32,000 bases of DNA from Candidatus Methanoperedens sp. Its GTDB lineage: Archaea > Halobacteriota > Methanosarcinia > Methanosarcinales > Methanoperedenaceae. The position numbers and the translations under genes were made by a program. A model generated the notes under the pieces. It was not told where the DNA came from, made no database searches, and worked only from the letters and a program-made list of their open reading frames with translations. Shown in pieces: positions 9,202 through 17,625 of this stretch (position 1 is its first letter; every line of letters begins with the position of its first letter). The DNA lies in the NCBI GenBank assembly GCA_041494705.1, contig JBGQBI010000004.1, forward strand, positions 90,001 through 122,000. Direction: 5' to 3'.

Positions 9202-11016
9202 ATGAATTCAGGCGATTCTAACATAGGAAAAAATACGCCAAAAACCTCAATACCATATTTGCAGCTAATATTGGACAGAGCACAAAAAAATAAATATCTT
9301 ATTGGGGTAATTTTATTATTTCTAATAAGTGCGCTTTCTGATTATATCTGGCTGAAACTTGACTCTATGCCGCCGGGGTGGGACGAGTCGGACCACCTTA
9401 CGAAGAGTCTTCAATATTATAACATTCTAACAAACCCTGGATCGGGTGCGATTTCAAATCTTATACAGGTTGATAATTACTACCCTCCTTTTTATCACCT
9501 TTCAACAGTGCTGTCATATTTCTTGTTTGGAACATCCATGGCTGCAGCTGTTTCAATAAATATATTCTATTTTGGTATTCTGTTGTTTTCAGTATATGGC
9601 ATAGGCAAATATCTTTATAACAAGGAAACCGGTCTCCTGGCTGCTGTTTTTATTTCTCTTTATCCCAGCATGGTTGGAATGCGTCGGTATTATCTGATAG
9701 AGATAGCACTTATCGCTACTGTAGCCCTCTGCATTTATTTGCTCCTCCTGTCTGACCATTTCAGGAACAGAAAATATTCTATCGGGTTTGGGATTGCATT
9801 TGCAGTCAGCATTCTCACCAAATGGACGGCATTATTTTTCATAATAGGGCCGCTGGGCGTTGTACTATATGAGTCTTTTATCAAAAATAGATCTTTTTTC
9901 AAAAAATCCACAAAAAAAATCTGCACTTATTGCGGAAAAGAAGTTACCAATAAAGAAATTATCTATAGTAAAGAATCTTTTTGCTCATCAAACTGCAAAA
10001 CTTTATGGAAAAAAGGACAAAAAAAGAACGTTACCGGAATAGGTTCAACCCCGGCAACCAATTTTATTTTGATGGGGGCTGCCGCTCTTTTTTTTTCGTT
10101 GATATGGTACGCGCCGCACATAAGCGAAGTCTACCGCACGATTGTATGGGGGAATGAATACTGGGGAACTACAGAGGGCCAACCGGAGGTCTTTACGCTT
10201 CAGTCCATGCTATTCTATGTGTTCTCCCTGATAAACTTCCAGGTTTCTTTCATTTTTTTTATCCCGTTTCTGATAGGTTTGGTAATTATCCTGAGGCATC
10301 ATTTAAAATCGAATTATTTTCTTCTTTCCTGGATTGCACTGCCCTTTATCCTGATGACGTTCTTGCGGCATAAAAATGATAGATATACTATAGCATTCAT
10401 TGCCGCGGTTGCTATTATCTCTGCATTCTGGATTGCCTCTCTTAAAAGTAAAAAAACAAAAGCAGCGGTTATCTTGGTCATCCTGCTGGCCGGGGGGATA
10501 CAGCTATTCACCCTTGCCGAAGGTCTTGATGTTTCAAAAGACTTTCATATTGAAACCATGGCCGGTGGGCTTGATCTGTATTCAACCGCGTTATACGGCA
10601 CACGCCCACCCGCGAGTCAGGACTGGAAGGTAGAGGATGCACTGGACAGCATTATGGCTGATACCAGAACCAATCCCAGAATGTATAACAGAGTAGGCTA
10701 TATCGGCATAGTACCGGACATGGCTTTTACCAACGGTCTGACCTATGGTTATTATTCTTATATGAAAAAGCTTCCATTTAATGTTTTAAGCGTCCCGTAC
10801 TTTGAAGCCCTGGAACCCTTTGCACAGAACTTTTTGAACTTTGATTATCTCATTTTTAAATCAGGAGAGACTTCAGGATTTTCAAGAAAGAAGCTGGTGA
10901 GTGATATGTACGATTATTTTAAACAGCATAACTCAAGCTACGTTCTTATTAAAGAATACAATCTACCGGATAATTCAACATTAACTGTTTACAGGAACAC
11001 CTATATTCCCAAATAG
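9202..11016 (+). CDS. GT-C fold glycosyltransferase, PMT_2/ArnT-like (AglS-like candidate), with an inserted CxxC...CxxxC zinc ribbon
   Basis: 604 aa polytopic membrane protein. The first-loop acidic motif is ...PPGWDESDH.... It also carries ...YPPFYHL...FG.S...A... and ...ILTKWTALFF..., as in the dolichyl/undecaprenyl-phosphate-sugar-dependent GT39/GT83-type enzymes. The C-terminal domain is soluble. A Lys-rich loop carries CTYCGKEVTNKEIIYSKESFCSSNC (nt 9922-9996). Confidence 0.75.
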   Translation: MNSGDSNIGKNTPKTSIPYLQLILDRAQKNKYLIGVILLFLISALSDYIWLKLDSMPPGWDESDHLTKSLQYYNILTNPGSGAISNLIQVDNYYPPFYHLSTVLSYFLFGTSMAAAVSINIFYFGILLFSVYGIGKYLYNKETGLLAAVFISLYPSMVGMRRYYLIEIALIATVALCIYLLLLSDHFRNRKYSIGFGIAFAVSILTKWTALFFIIGPLGVVLYESFIKNRSFFKKSTKKICTYCGKEVTNKEIIYSKESFCSSNCKTLWKKGQKKNVTGIGSTPATNFILMGAAALFFSLIWYAPHISEVYRTIVWGNEYWGTTEGQPEVFTLQSMLFYVFSLINFQVSFIFFIPFLIGLVIILRHHLKSNYFLLSWIALPFILMTFLRHKNDRYTIAFIAAVAIISAFWIASLKSKKTKAAVILVILLAGGIQLFTLAEGLDVSKDFHIETMAGGLDLYSTALYGTRPPASQDWKVEDALDSIMADTRTNPRMYNRVGYIGIVPDMAFTNGLTYGYYSYMKKLPFNVLSVPYFEALEPFAQNFLNFDYLIFKSGETSGFSRKKLVSDMYDYFKQHNSSYVLIKEYNLPDNSTLTVYRNTYIPK

Positions 11017-11056
11017 GAAACTATTATAGTTCTAAAAATTATTAATGGCTTAGAAT

Positions 11057-12229
11057 ATGAAAGTCGCTTTCTTCGCATTTGACATTTTTTCACCATCTGA
11101 TACTGCCGGATTTGTGCATACCATTGAAATAACAAAAAAGCTGTCCTCACTCGTTGAATTAAAATTATTCGCAGCCCCTTCAATTAAAAGAGCTTTAAAC
11201 CCTTTCCTGTGGGAAGAAAGAATAGAGGGGCTGAACATAAATTATGCAAGATTTACACTATGGTTCAAACCATACCTTATACCGTTTATCCCTTTTAATT
11301 TTTTAAGTTATTATAGGGTATACACGAAGACAAAGCAGTTTCATCCCGACATAATCCATGAACGTTTCCATTCACCAAATCCTTTTGGATACCGTATTTC
11401 CAGGAAAATAGATGTGCCAAGAGTACTGGAAGTAAACAGTCCGTATATAGAAGATGAGGCTTATAAAAATCCAATATTTAAAAAAATCGCAGAAAAAGAC
11501 AGGAGAACGCAATTTGAACATGCAGACGCTATTATAACCCAGACCGAGACTTTGAAAAAGATTATCTCGAATGTTACCGACGTTCCAATTTATGTAGTGC
11601 CAAATGGTGTAAATACAACGAAATTCAAGCCGGGTGATTCTTCTGAGCTTAGAAATAAACTCGGCATACCTGAAGATGCTGTGGTGATAACATTCAGCGG
11701 TTCCTTTAGAAAGTGGCATGGAGTCCATCTTATTCCAAAAATAGCCGAAAAACTGATGAAGTCGTATGATGATTTATATTTCTTAATGATAGGTTCCGGA
11801 CAGTTATTTGAAAAAATTAAAAATTCCGGAATGAAGAATACATTTTTTCTCGGTTCTGTAAATTATAATAAGCTTCCGGCTTATTTGAATATTTCAGATA
11901 TTTGCATAGCTCCGTTTGATGCTTCCGAGTTCAAATACTTTGAAAAACTCGGGTTTTGGTGGAATCCGCTAAAACTTTTTGAATACCTGAGTATGGGAAA
12001 ACCCGTAGTGTCTTTTGATTTTGATGAAGTAAAAAAGATAGTAGCAGATGGAGGGCTTCTTGCAAATCCAGGTGATTTGAACGATTTCGTAGAAAAGCTT
12101 GAGTATTTAGTGAATAACAGAAAGGAAAGGCAGAGACTCGGAAATAATGCAAGAGAATTGGCATTAAAGGAATACGACTGGAAAAAACGCGCAGAAGAGA
12201 CGGTTAAAATTTATCAGAAGGTGTTGTAA
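11057..12229 (+). CDS. Family 4 (GT-B) glycosyltransferase
   Basis: 390 aa. The central motif ...VITFSGSFRKWHG... and the C-terminal ...NPLKLFEYLSMGKPVV... (the E-x7-E-like region) match the GT4 architecture. Confidence 0.8.
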   Translation: MKVAFFAFDIFSPSDTAGFVHTIEITKKLSSLVELKLFAAPSIKRALNPFLWEERIEGLNINYARFTLWFKPYLIPFIPFNFLSYYRVYTKTKQFHPDIIHERFHSPNPFGYRISRKIDVPRVLEVNSPYIEDEAYKNPIFKKIAEKDRRTQFEHADAIITQTETLKKIISNVTDVPIYVVPNGVNTTKFKPGDSSELRNKLGIPEDAVVITFSGSFRKWHGVHLIPKIAEKLMKSYDDLYFLMIGSGQLFEKIKNSGMKNTFFLGSVNYNKLPAYLNISDICIAPFDASEFKYFEKLGFWWNPLKLFEYLSMGKPVVSFDFDEVKKIVADGGLLANPGDLNDFVEKLEYLVNNRKERQRLGNNARELALKEYDWKKRAEETVKIYQKVL

Positions 12230-12289
12230 CTGGAAAAAGAATCACTTGGGAAAATAATTTTTAAATCAAGTTCTATAGTATTCTTTGCT

Positions 12290-13747
12290 TTGATCATAAC
12301 ACGCCTTTTCGGGTTTTTATTTAATTCCCTGCTAACAAAAAATATATCGCAGGAAGAATACGGTAATTATACTTTTGCCTGGTCTATCGCTCAATTGGGA
12401 GTAGGGTTCTTGCTTATGGGAATCCCTTCAGCAACTGCATATTACATCGCTTTTAATCGGGGGAAAGGAGATTTTGAAAAAATAAAGGCATATACAAAAA
12501 CAGGTTTTATGATGGTCATCATTCTTGTTTTATTTTCTGTGCTGGGATTTATCGCAGTAAACCGACTTTTTCCAGATATATTTTCCATGAACAAGCAACT
12601 TCTTTTATTCATGCTTTTAATGTTTGCAATCCACGGGACAGGCTTCTTTTTCAGCCTGGTAATTAGCGGTCATCGAAAACCTGAGATAGGGGCCATATTT
12701 GCCGCCACAACGCCTATTGTTTCATATTTTTCTGTAATAGTCCTTTCTTATCTTGGATATGGTTTTTACGAAATTCTTATCGGCATTGCAGCATCCCTGA
12801 GTATTCAATATTTCTTATGCGCATTATATGTGCTGAAAAACTGGGGATTTGACGGGAAGTTCCAGCCAAGGTTGATGAAAGGCCTGATAAAATTTGGTGT
12901 TCCTTTGATTTTCATGGATGTTTCTAATGGATTATTGTGGTCAGCAGGAATTTATGCTATAAAGTTTTATGACAGTTTCGCAAACGTTGGGATCTTCTCA
13001 GCAGCAAGCATGATCACGGGCGTGATGTTGATATTTCCACAGGCTTTGCTATCCATATTTTCACCTGTGGTGAGTGAGTTATTTGGGAAAGGAGATAAAG
13101 AAAAAATAGAGCACATTTCCTCGTATATCATTGAACGGCTTTTGATGCTATCTTTTCCATTGATTGCCATATTGCTGCTGTTCCCGGAAGGAATACTCAA
13201 AATAGTGTTCACACAGGATTATTCTTCAGGAGCCTTGGCTATGCAGATCCTTTCACTCTCTGCATTTTTAACTGGTATTTACCTTTTTTTTGTTACTGTG
13301 ATAAACTCATCCGGGCACCCACAGCAGAATTCCAAACTCATGCTCATAGGGGCGATCTCAAATGTCATTTTCAGTATTATCTTTGTTAAATACTATGGAA
13401 TTGCCGGTGCGAGTATGGCCTCACTTGTATCATCAGCTATCATTCTGGCGATATCTTTCAAATGGGCAAGACATATTGTAAAAATAATAATATACAAAGA
13501 TAGGATCTTAAAAATCATGATTGCACTTGCATCGGTCCTGCCTTTAATATATATTGTGAAAATAATTTATACAAATTTGTTTTTGGCATTTGTACTATCA
13601 TTAGTGATTCTTTTAATAGGTTATTTTATCATTCTGATGTTGTTGAAAACATTCAGGGAAGACGATATAGCCCTGGTTAGAACTGTTTTTGGAGAAACAA
13701 AGTTAAGCGCTGCTATAATAAAAATATTGCAAAAATGCATTTCGTAA
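12290..13747 (+). CDS. Wzx/MOP-superfamily oligosaccharide flippase (AglR-like candidate)
   Basis: 485 aa from a TTG start, with about 12-14 TM helices. The N-terminal region ...TRLFGFLFNSLLTKNISQEEYGNY... is typical of polysaccharide biosynthesis (Wzx) proteins. The conserved N-terminus appears to continue upstream to 12230 (see findings), so the true start is uncertain. Confidence 0.85.
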   Translation: MIITRLFGFLFNSLLTKNISQEEYGNYTFAWSIAQLGVGFLLMGIPSATAYYIAFNRGKGDFEKIKAYTKTGFMMVIILVLFSVLGFIAVNRLFPDIFSMNKQLLLFMLLMFAIHGTGFFFSLVISGHRKPEIGAIFAATTPIVSYFSVIVLSYLGYGFYEILIGIAASLSIQYFLCALYVLKNWGFDGKFQPRLMKGLIKFGVPLIFMDVSNGLLWSAGIYAIKFYDSFANVGIFSAASMITGVMLIFPQALLSIFSPVVSELFGKGDKEKIEHISSYIIERLLMLSFPLIAILLLFPEGILKIVFTQDYSSGALAMQILSLSAFLTGIYLFFVTVINSSGHPQQNSKLMLIGAISNVIFSIIFVKYYGIAGASMASLVSSAIILAISFKWARHIVKIIIYKDRILKIMIALASVLPLIYIVKIIYTNLFLAFVLSLVILLIGYFIILMLLKTFREDDIALVRTVFGETKLSAAIIKILQKCIS

Positions 13748-13749
13748 AC

Positions 13750-14553
13750 TCATTGTTTGAAACCGTATATGGTTATTTCAGTCCCTGCACCGCTGAAATT
13801 CAAGAGCATAAAGCGTACAATTCCTTCTCCGATAATTGGAATCTTTGAAATGACTTTGACCAATGCCCTTACAGGCTTCTGGGAAATTGTCTCAAAACCG
13901 CACTCAAAGCCTCGTGGAATGACCTTAATATTTACAATTCCGGCGCGAAGAAAAGCGCCCGTATATTGATAATAAGGGTAAGCATGCTCATTTGCCCCGA
14001 AAATTACAGCAGGGTGATTTTTTCTGAATGTTTCGTCACTTGTGAAAAAAGGACGGATGTGCTCCCCTCCTGCGATTACAAGCCCGCCTTTTTTTGCGCA
14101 TCTTGCCATCTCAGCAACCATCCTGTCCAGGTCGCTTGCATGATGCAGTGCCTGGTGACAGAAAACCACATCAAAGACACCTTCTTTGAGAGGTGAGCGC
14201 TCGCAGTCTCCCAAGACGGCCTGGAAGGGCATTTTATCTCTATTTTTTTTAAATATACCAAGACCGCACAGGTCGCTTGAGTTCATTTCGAGGGCAATAA
14301 CATTGTAGCCCCTCTTTGCGAAAATATAAGAGGTCCAGCAGGTGCCGGATGCGAAATCGAGTAGTTTGCCGGATTTTGATTTTAGTATATTATACAGAAA
14401 ATTAAAATAAGTAGATTGCTGCCCATTGTTCACTCGTTCAAGAAAGCTCTCGTAAGAGCCATCCCAGCCTGATTCCTCTGCGAATGTGTGGTAGCCTGAT
14501 ATCTCAGATTTTTTCAAATTGTGCATGGTGGTTAGGTAGAAATCAATATCCAA
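13750..14553 (-). CDS. Class I SAM-dependent methyltransferase
   Basis: 267 aa. Motif I-like sequence is ...KLLDFASGTCWTSYIFAKRGYNVIALEMN.... Later motifs are ...FDVVFCHQALHHASD... and ...KKGGLVIAG.... The track start is TTG at 14553, and an ATG at 14526 is an alternative. Its stop lies only 2 nt from the convergent flippase stop. Confidence 0.8.
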   Translation of the reverse strand: MDIDFYLTTMHNLKKSEISGYHTFAEESGWDGSYESFLERVNNGQQSTYFNFLYNILKSKSGKLLDFASGTCWTSYIFAKRGYNVIALEMNSSDLCGLGIFKKNRDKMPFQAVLGDCERSPLKEGVFDVVFCHQALHHASDLDRMVAEMARCAKKGGLVIAGGEHIRPFFTSDETFRKNHPAVIFGANEHAYPYYQYTGAFLRAGIVNIKVIPRGFECGFETISQKPVRALVKVISKIPIIGEGIVRFMLLNFSGAGTEITIYGFKQ

Positions 14554-14592
14554 GAAATATTCAAAAATATCTTCTATTGCAAGTAGGGATTA

Positions 14593-15636
14593 CTATTCAA
14601 ATAATTTCTTGTTTTCATTAACCCATTCGATCAGCTTACTTACTCCTTCCCTTGGACTCAGCTTGGGCGTCCATCCCAATTCTTTTTGCGCCTTCCTTAT
14701 ATCAGAAATATACACTTTCTGGTCGCTAGGTCTCCAGTTTGCATATGAGACTTTTGAGCGTTTGCCTGTGATAACCTCAAGGTAGTCTAACAACTCAATC
14801 AATGACATGGTATTCTCTGCGCCACCGCCCATATTATATACGCCGTGGTGCAGTCTGTCTTTTTTCTGTACAAAAGCATCAAAAGCAGCCACAAGGTCTG
14901 TAACGTAGAGCATGTCCCTCACTTGTTTACCATCTCCGTATATTGTGATGGGTTTTCCAAGCATAGTTGCTATAGTAAACCATGCTACCCAGCCCTGGTC
15001 CTCCACACCGAACTGCCTTGTACCGTAAATGCAGCTCATCCTGAACACTGCGGCATCTATCTCATTACGCCGTGCATAATCCTGAACATATACATCTGCT
15101 GCGAATTTGCTGGCTCCATAGGGTGTGTGCTCGCAAAGGTCTGTGGAGAAAGTCTCATGGATTCCATTTTGGAAGTTCTTATCAGCGAATCCATATCTGG
15201 TCTTTTTTTCTTCCACCTTTATCTTATTCACATTATCCCCATACACTTTGTTAGTGGAACAGAACACAACCGATGCGCCTGTTTTTCGTGCGGCCTCGAG
15301 CACATTGAATGTACCAAGTGCATTTATCTCAAAGTCTGTCCTGGGATCTAGCACAGATGTTGTGACAGCGGTCTGTGCCGCTGTATGAATAATTACATCG
15401 ACTCCATTTGCGGCTTTCTCAAGATTTTCCGGATTACGGATATCATTTTTTATGAGGGTTATATTAAAATTGTCTTTCAGATAGTTCCAGTTGTGCATGG
15501 CATTTGACGTACTATAGTTGAGCAGTTTTGCCCGTGATACGTTATCATAAACAACTACCTCATCACCGCGCTTAGCATAATATTCGGCTGTGTGCGAACC
15601 TATAAAACCTGCACCGCCGGTTACCATTATCTTCAT
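14593..15636 (-). CDS. NAD-dependent extended SDR, CDP-paratose 2-epimerase (tyvelose epimerase)-like
   Basis: 347 aa. The cofactor motif is MKIMVTGGAGFIGSH. The catalytic elements STNKVYGD and ...HTPYGASKFAAD... (YxxxK) are intact. Family-specific strings are ...FRMSCIYGTRQFGVEDQGWVAWF..., ...GDGKQVRDMLYV... and ...RPSDQKVYISDIRKA..., which I recall as characteristic of the RfbE/tyvelose epimerase family. A GGTGA SD lies 5 nt upstream of the ATG. Confidence 0.85.
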   Translation of the reverse strand: MKIMVTGGAGFIGSHTAEYYAKRGDEVVVYDNVSRAKLLNYSTSNAMHNWNYLKDNFNITLIKNDIRNPENLEKAANGVDVIIHTAAQTAVTTSVLDPRTDFEINALGTFNVLEAARKTGASVVFCSTNKVYGDNVNKIKVEEKKTRYGFADKNFQNGIHETFSTDLCEHTPYGASKFAADVYVQDYARRNEIDAAVFRMSCIYGTRQFGVEDQGWVAWFTIATMLGKPITIYGDGKQVRDMLYVTDLVAAFDAFVQKKDRLHHGVYNMGGGAENTMSLIELLDYLEVITGKRSKVSYANWRPSDQKVYISDIRKAQKELGWTPKLSPREGVSKLIEWVNENKKLFE

Positions 15637-15761
15637 TCATTTCACCATGCTTTAGACATCATTGGAGTATTTTATTGTTTTCTTTTAATCCTTTCTCAAA
15701 AAATATTTAGCTCTTTTTTATAGCAATTTACGTCGCTTTAAAGGCCCGCGGAATTTATCAA
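15637..15761. promoter_or_regulatory. Intergenic break in the minus-strand gene array (probable terminator plus internal promoter)
   Basis: This is the only gap over 100 bp within the minus-strand array. Read on the minus strand, it contains an ATTTTTT tract downstream of the GT4 stop and a CTATAAAAAA TATA-like box (plus 15714-15723) about 80 nt upstream of the epimerase ATG. Motif-level only. Confidence 0.3.
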
Positions 15762-16925
15762 TCAGTATCTTAGAACCTCTTCATAAAGTTTTAACGTGCG
15801 GTTGGCTATGTTATCCCATGAACAGATATGTGCGGTCGTCCTTGCAGCTTTACCCAACTTTTTCATGAGCTTTTCATCCTCGGCCAGAATTAGAATTTTG
15901 TCTGCAATTTCCTGTGGATTATTCACATCATCTATCAGAAATCCATTTTTACCATTTTCTATTAAGTCTTCTCCTGCGCCGCTTGGACCTACTATGACAG
16001 GAAGCTCACATGCCATAGCTTCTACTGTAGGAATCCCAAAACCTTCATACTTTGTTGGAAAAACAAATATATCAGCCAGATTATAGTGTTTTGTTAGTTC
16101 CATATTATTAGAATTGGTTTTAGATCCTGTGAAAATAACATTCTTTTCAAGTCCATATTTTTTAACCAATTCTCTATAAAAAGAATCATCTTTTCTAGCA
16201 CCCTCTACTCTTGCCTTTCCTACTATCAGCAGTTTAATATTTTTATATCCTTCATTACATATTATTCTCATAGACTCTATTAGCTCGACCATTCCTTTTC
16301 GGTAGAATTCGGTGGCTACGATTATTAAAACTACATCATCGTCTGAAATATTGTATGTCTTTTTTAAAAATGTATCTGGTAGATTAGGCTTAAATTCATC
16401 TAAATCTACACCTAGAGGTATGACTTCAATATCCTCATCAGGAACATTATAATACTTCATCAATTCACGTTTACCAGATGTGGCATCTGCAATTATTTTC
16501 CTGTAATTCCTGTATTTAGAATAATTCAATTTCTCAATTGTCAAAAGAAATTTATCCATTAGCCCCAGCGGCCTAAGCTCCCCTATATTCTTCATCGCTT
16601 CAAGAGCTCCTCTATGTATGGAATGCGCTGTGACCACGTCAAGCCATGCGCTCTCAAGACCTTCGGTATGGATTATATCGAACCCGCTCCGCATAAGCTT
16701 TGAAAGTGCTGACATCTCAAGAAAGTATGCACCTGCCTCAAAAATCAATGGTCCAGGCGGCAGGGGAGTTTTATGAAATATGATGTTTTCATTTCCTACA
16801 TCTTCCCATTTGGACGAGAAAACATGCACTTCATGCTCATCTGCGAAGTGCTCTGCAAGCTCTGCAACGTACCTGCCTATTCCTCCGTTTTTAGTATAAA
16901 TTCTCGAACTCATTGCGATCTTCAT
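15762..16925 (-). CDS. Family 4 (GT-B) glycosyltransferase
   Basis: 387 aa. The N-terminus is ...GGIGRYVAELAEHF.... The C-terminal signature is ...FVFPTKYEGFGIPTVEAMACELPVIV.... The start follows the upstream methyltransferase stop with a 1-nt gap (TAGCATG). Confidence 0.85.
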   Translation of the reverse strand: MKIAMSSRIYTKNGGIGRYVAELAEHFADEHEVHVFSSKWEDVGNENIIFHKTPLPPGPLIFEAGAYFLEMSALSKLMRSGFDIIHTEGLESAWLDVVTAHSIHRGALEAMKNIGELRPLGLMDKFLLTIEKLNYSKYRNYRKIIADATSGKRELMKYYNVPDEDIEVIPLGVDLDEFKPNLPDTFLKKTYNISDDDVVLIIVATEFYRKGMVELIESMRIICNEGYKNIKLLIVGKARVEGARKDDSFYRELVKKYGLEKNVIFTGSKTNSNNMELTKHYNLADIFVFPTKYEGFGIPTVEAMACELPVIVGPSGAGEDLIENGKNGFLIDDVNNPQEIADKILILAEDEKLMKKLGKAARTTAHICSWDNIANRTLKLYEEVLRY

Positions 16926-16926
16926 G

Positions 16927-17622
16927 CTATTTCTTCCTCGTTACCAAGATATTTCCAATAGTATCGCCTTCTCTATAAAACATTTTGTCAAAAATCGTGA
17001 ATAACAATTGTAAAAACATGCATATCACATGAGCAGGTGCACGAAGAAGAACAGTGCGTCGATTTCCTTTCTTATCAATCGCCAGGGAGTAAAAAATAAA
17101 ACTGCTTAATCTCTGTCCTATCAGCGAGAAAAATCCTCCCAGCGGTTTTATGTACATTACCTCAAAATTATTTTTTTCTGCAAGGTATTTTAGACCGTAC
17201 CTTGTATATCTGTAATAATCATGAGGTGTCTCATGCAGCCCCCAGCTCTGTGGAGTCGTGAGAATCAAGACTCCTTTTTTTTTAAGAACCCTGTTAATTT
17301 CATTAAAAGCAAGGGACGGCTCAGGAACATGCTCAAGAACCTCGGTGGCGAGCACCGTATCGAAGACCTCATTTTTAAAAGGCAGAAATGGAAGGATTGA
17401 ATACACCTCTGCATTCTTTAACTCTTTGTTGGCTGAAACGTTGGAGGGATAATCTATTCCTATATGTTCTTCCACTGCATCAGCAAAAACCTCTCTATAT
17501 GGTTTCGTGCCGCATCCCACGTCGAGCATGCGTCCTTTTGCATATATTCTGGATTCGTTCAAGGAATCTAAGATTAATTGCCTTATGATTTTATATTGGT
17601 TAAGCCATGAAACTGACTTCAT
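16927..17622 (-). CDS. Class I SAM-dependent methyltransferase (Methyltransf_11-like)
   Basis: 231 aa. Motif I is ...RMLDVGCGTKPY.... Later motifs are ...FDTVLATEVLEHVPEP... and ...KKKGVLILTTP.... A hydrophobic C-terminal segment is present. Confidence 0.85.
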   Translation of the reverse strand: MKSVSWLNQYKIIRQLILDSLNESRIYAKGRMLDVGCGTKPYREVFADAVEEHIGIDYPSNVSANKELKNAEVYSILPFLPFKNEVFDTVLATEVLEHVPEPSLAFNEINRVLKKKGVLILTTPQSWGLHETPHDYYRYTRYGLKYLAEKNNFEVMYIKPLGGFFSLIGQRLSSFIFYSLAIDKKGNRRTVLLRAPAHVICMFLQLLFTIFDKMFYREGDTIGNILVTRKK

Positions 17623-17625
17623 ATG

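Noticed and set aside
10088-10097. A T10 run inside the GT-C gene and a T9 run (A9 on the coding strand) at 17275-17283 inside a methyltransferase, as additional phase-variation tracts.
   Set aside because: Both are currently in frame (encoding LFFS and KKK). Poly-A/T runs of this length are expected in AT-rich DNA. I have no evidence of length variation. They are noted only as places to look if read data are examined for the G8 tract.
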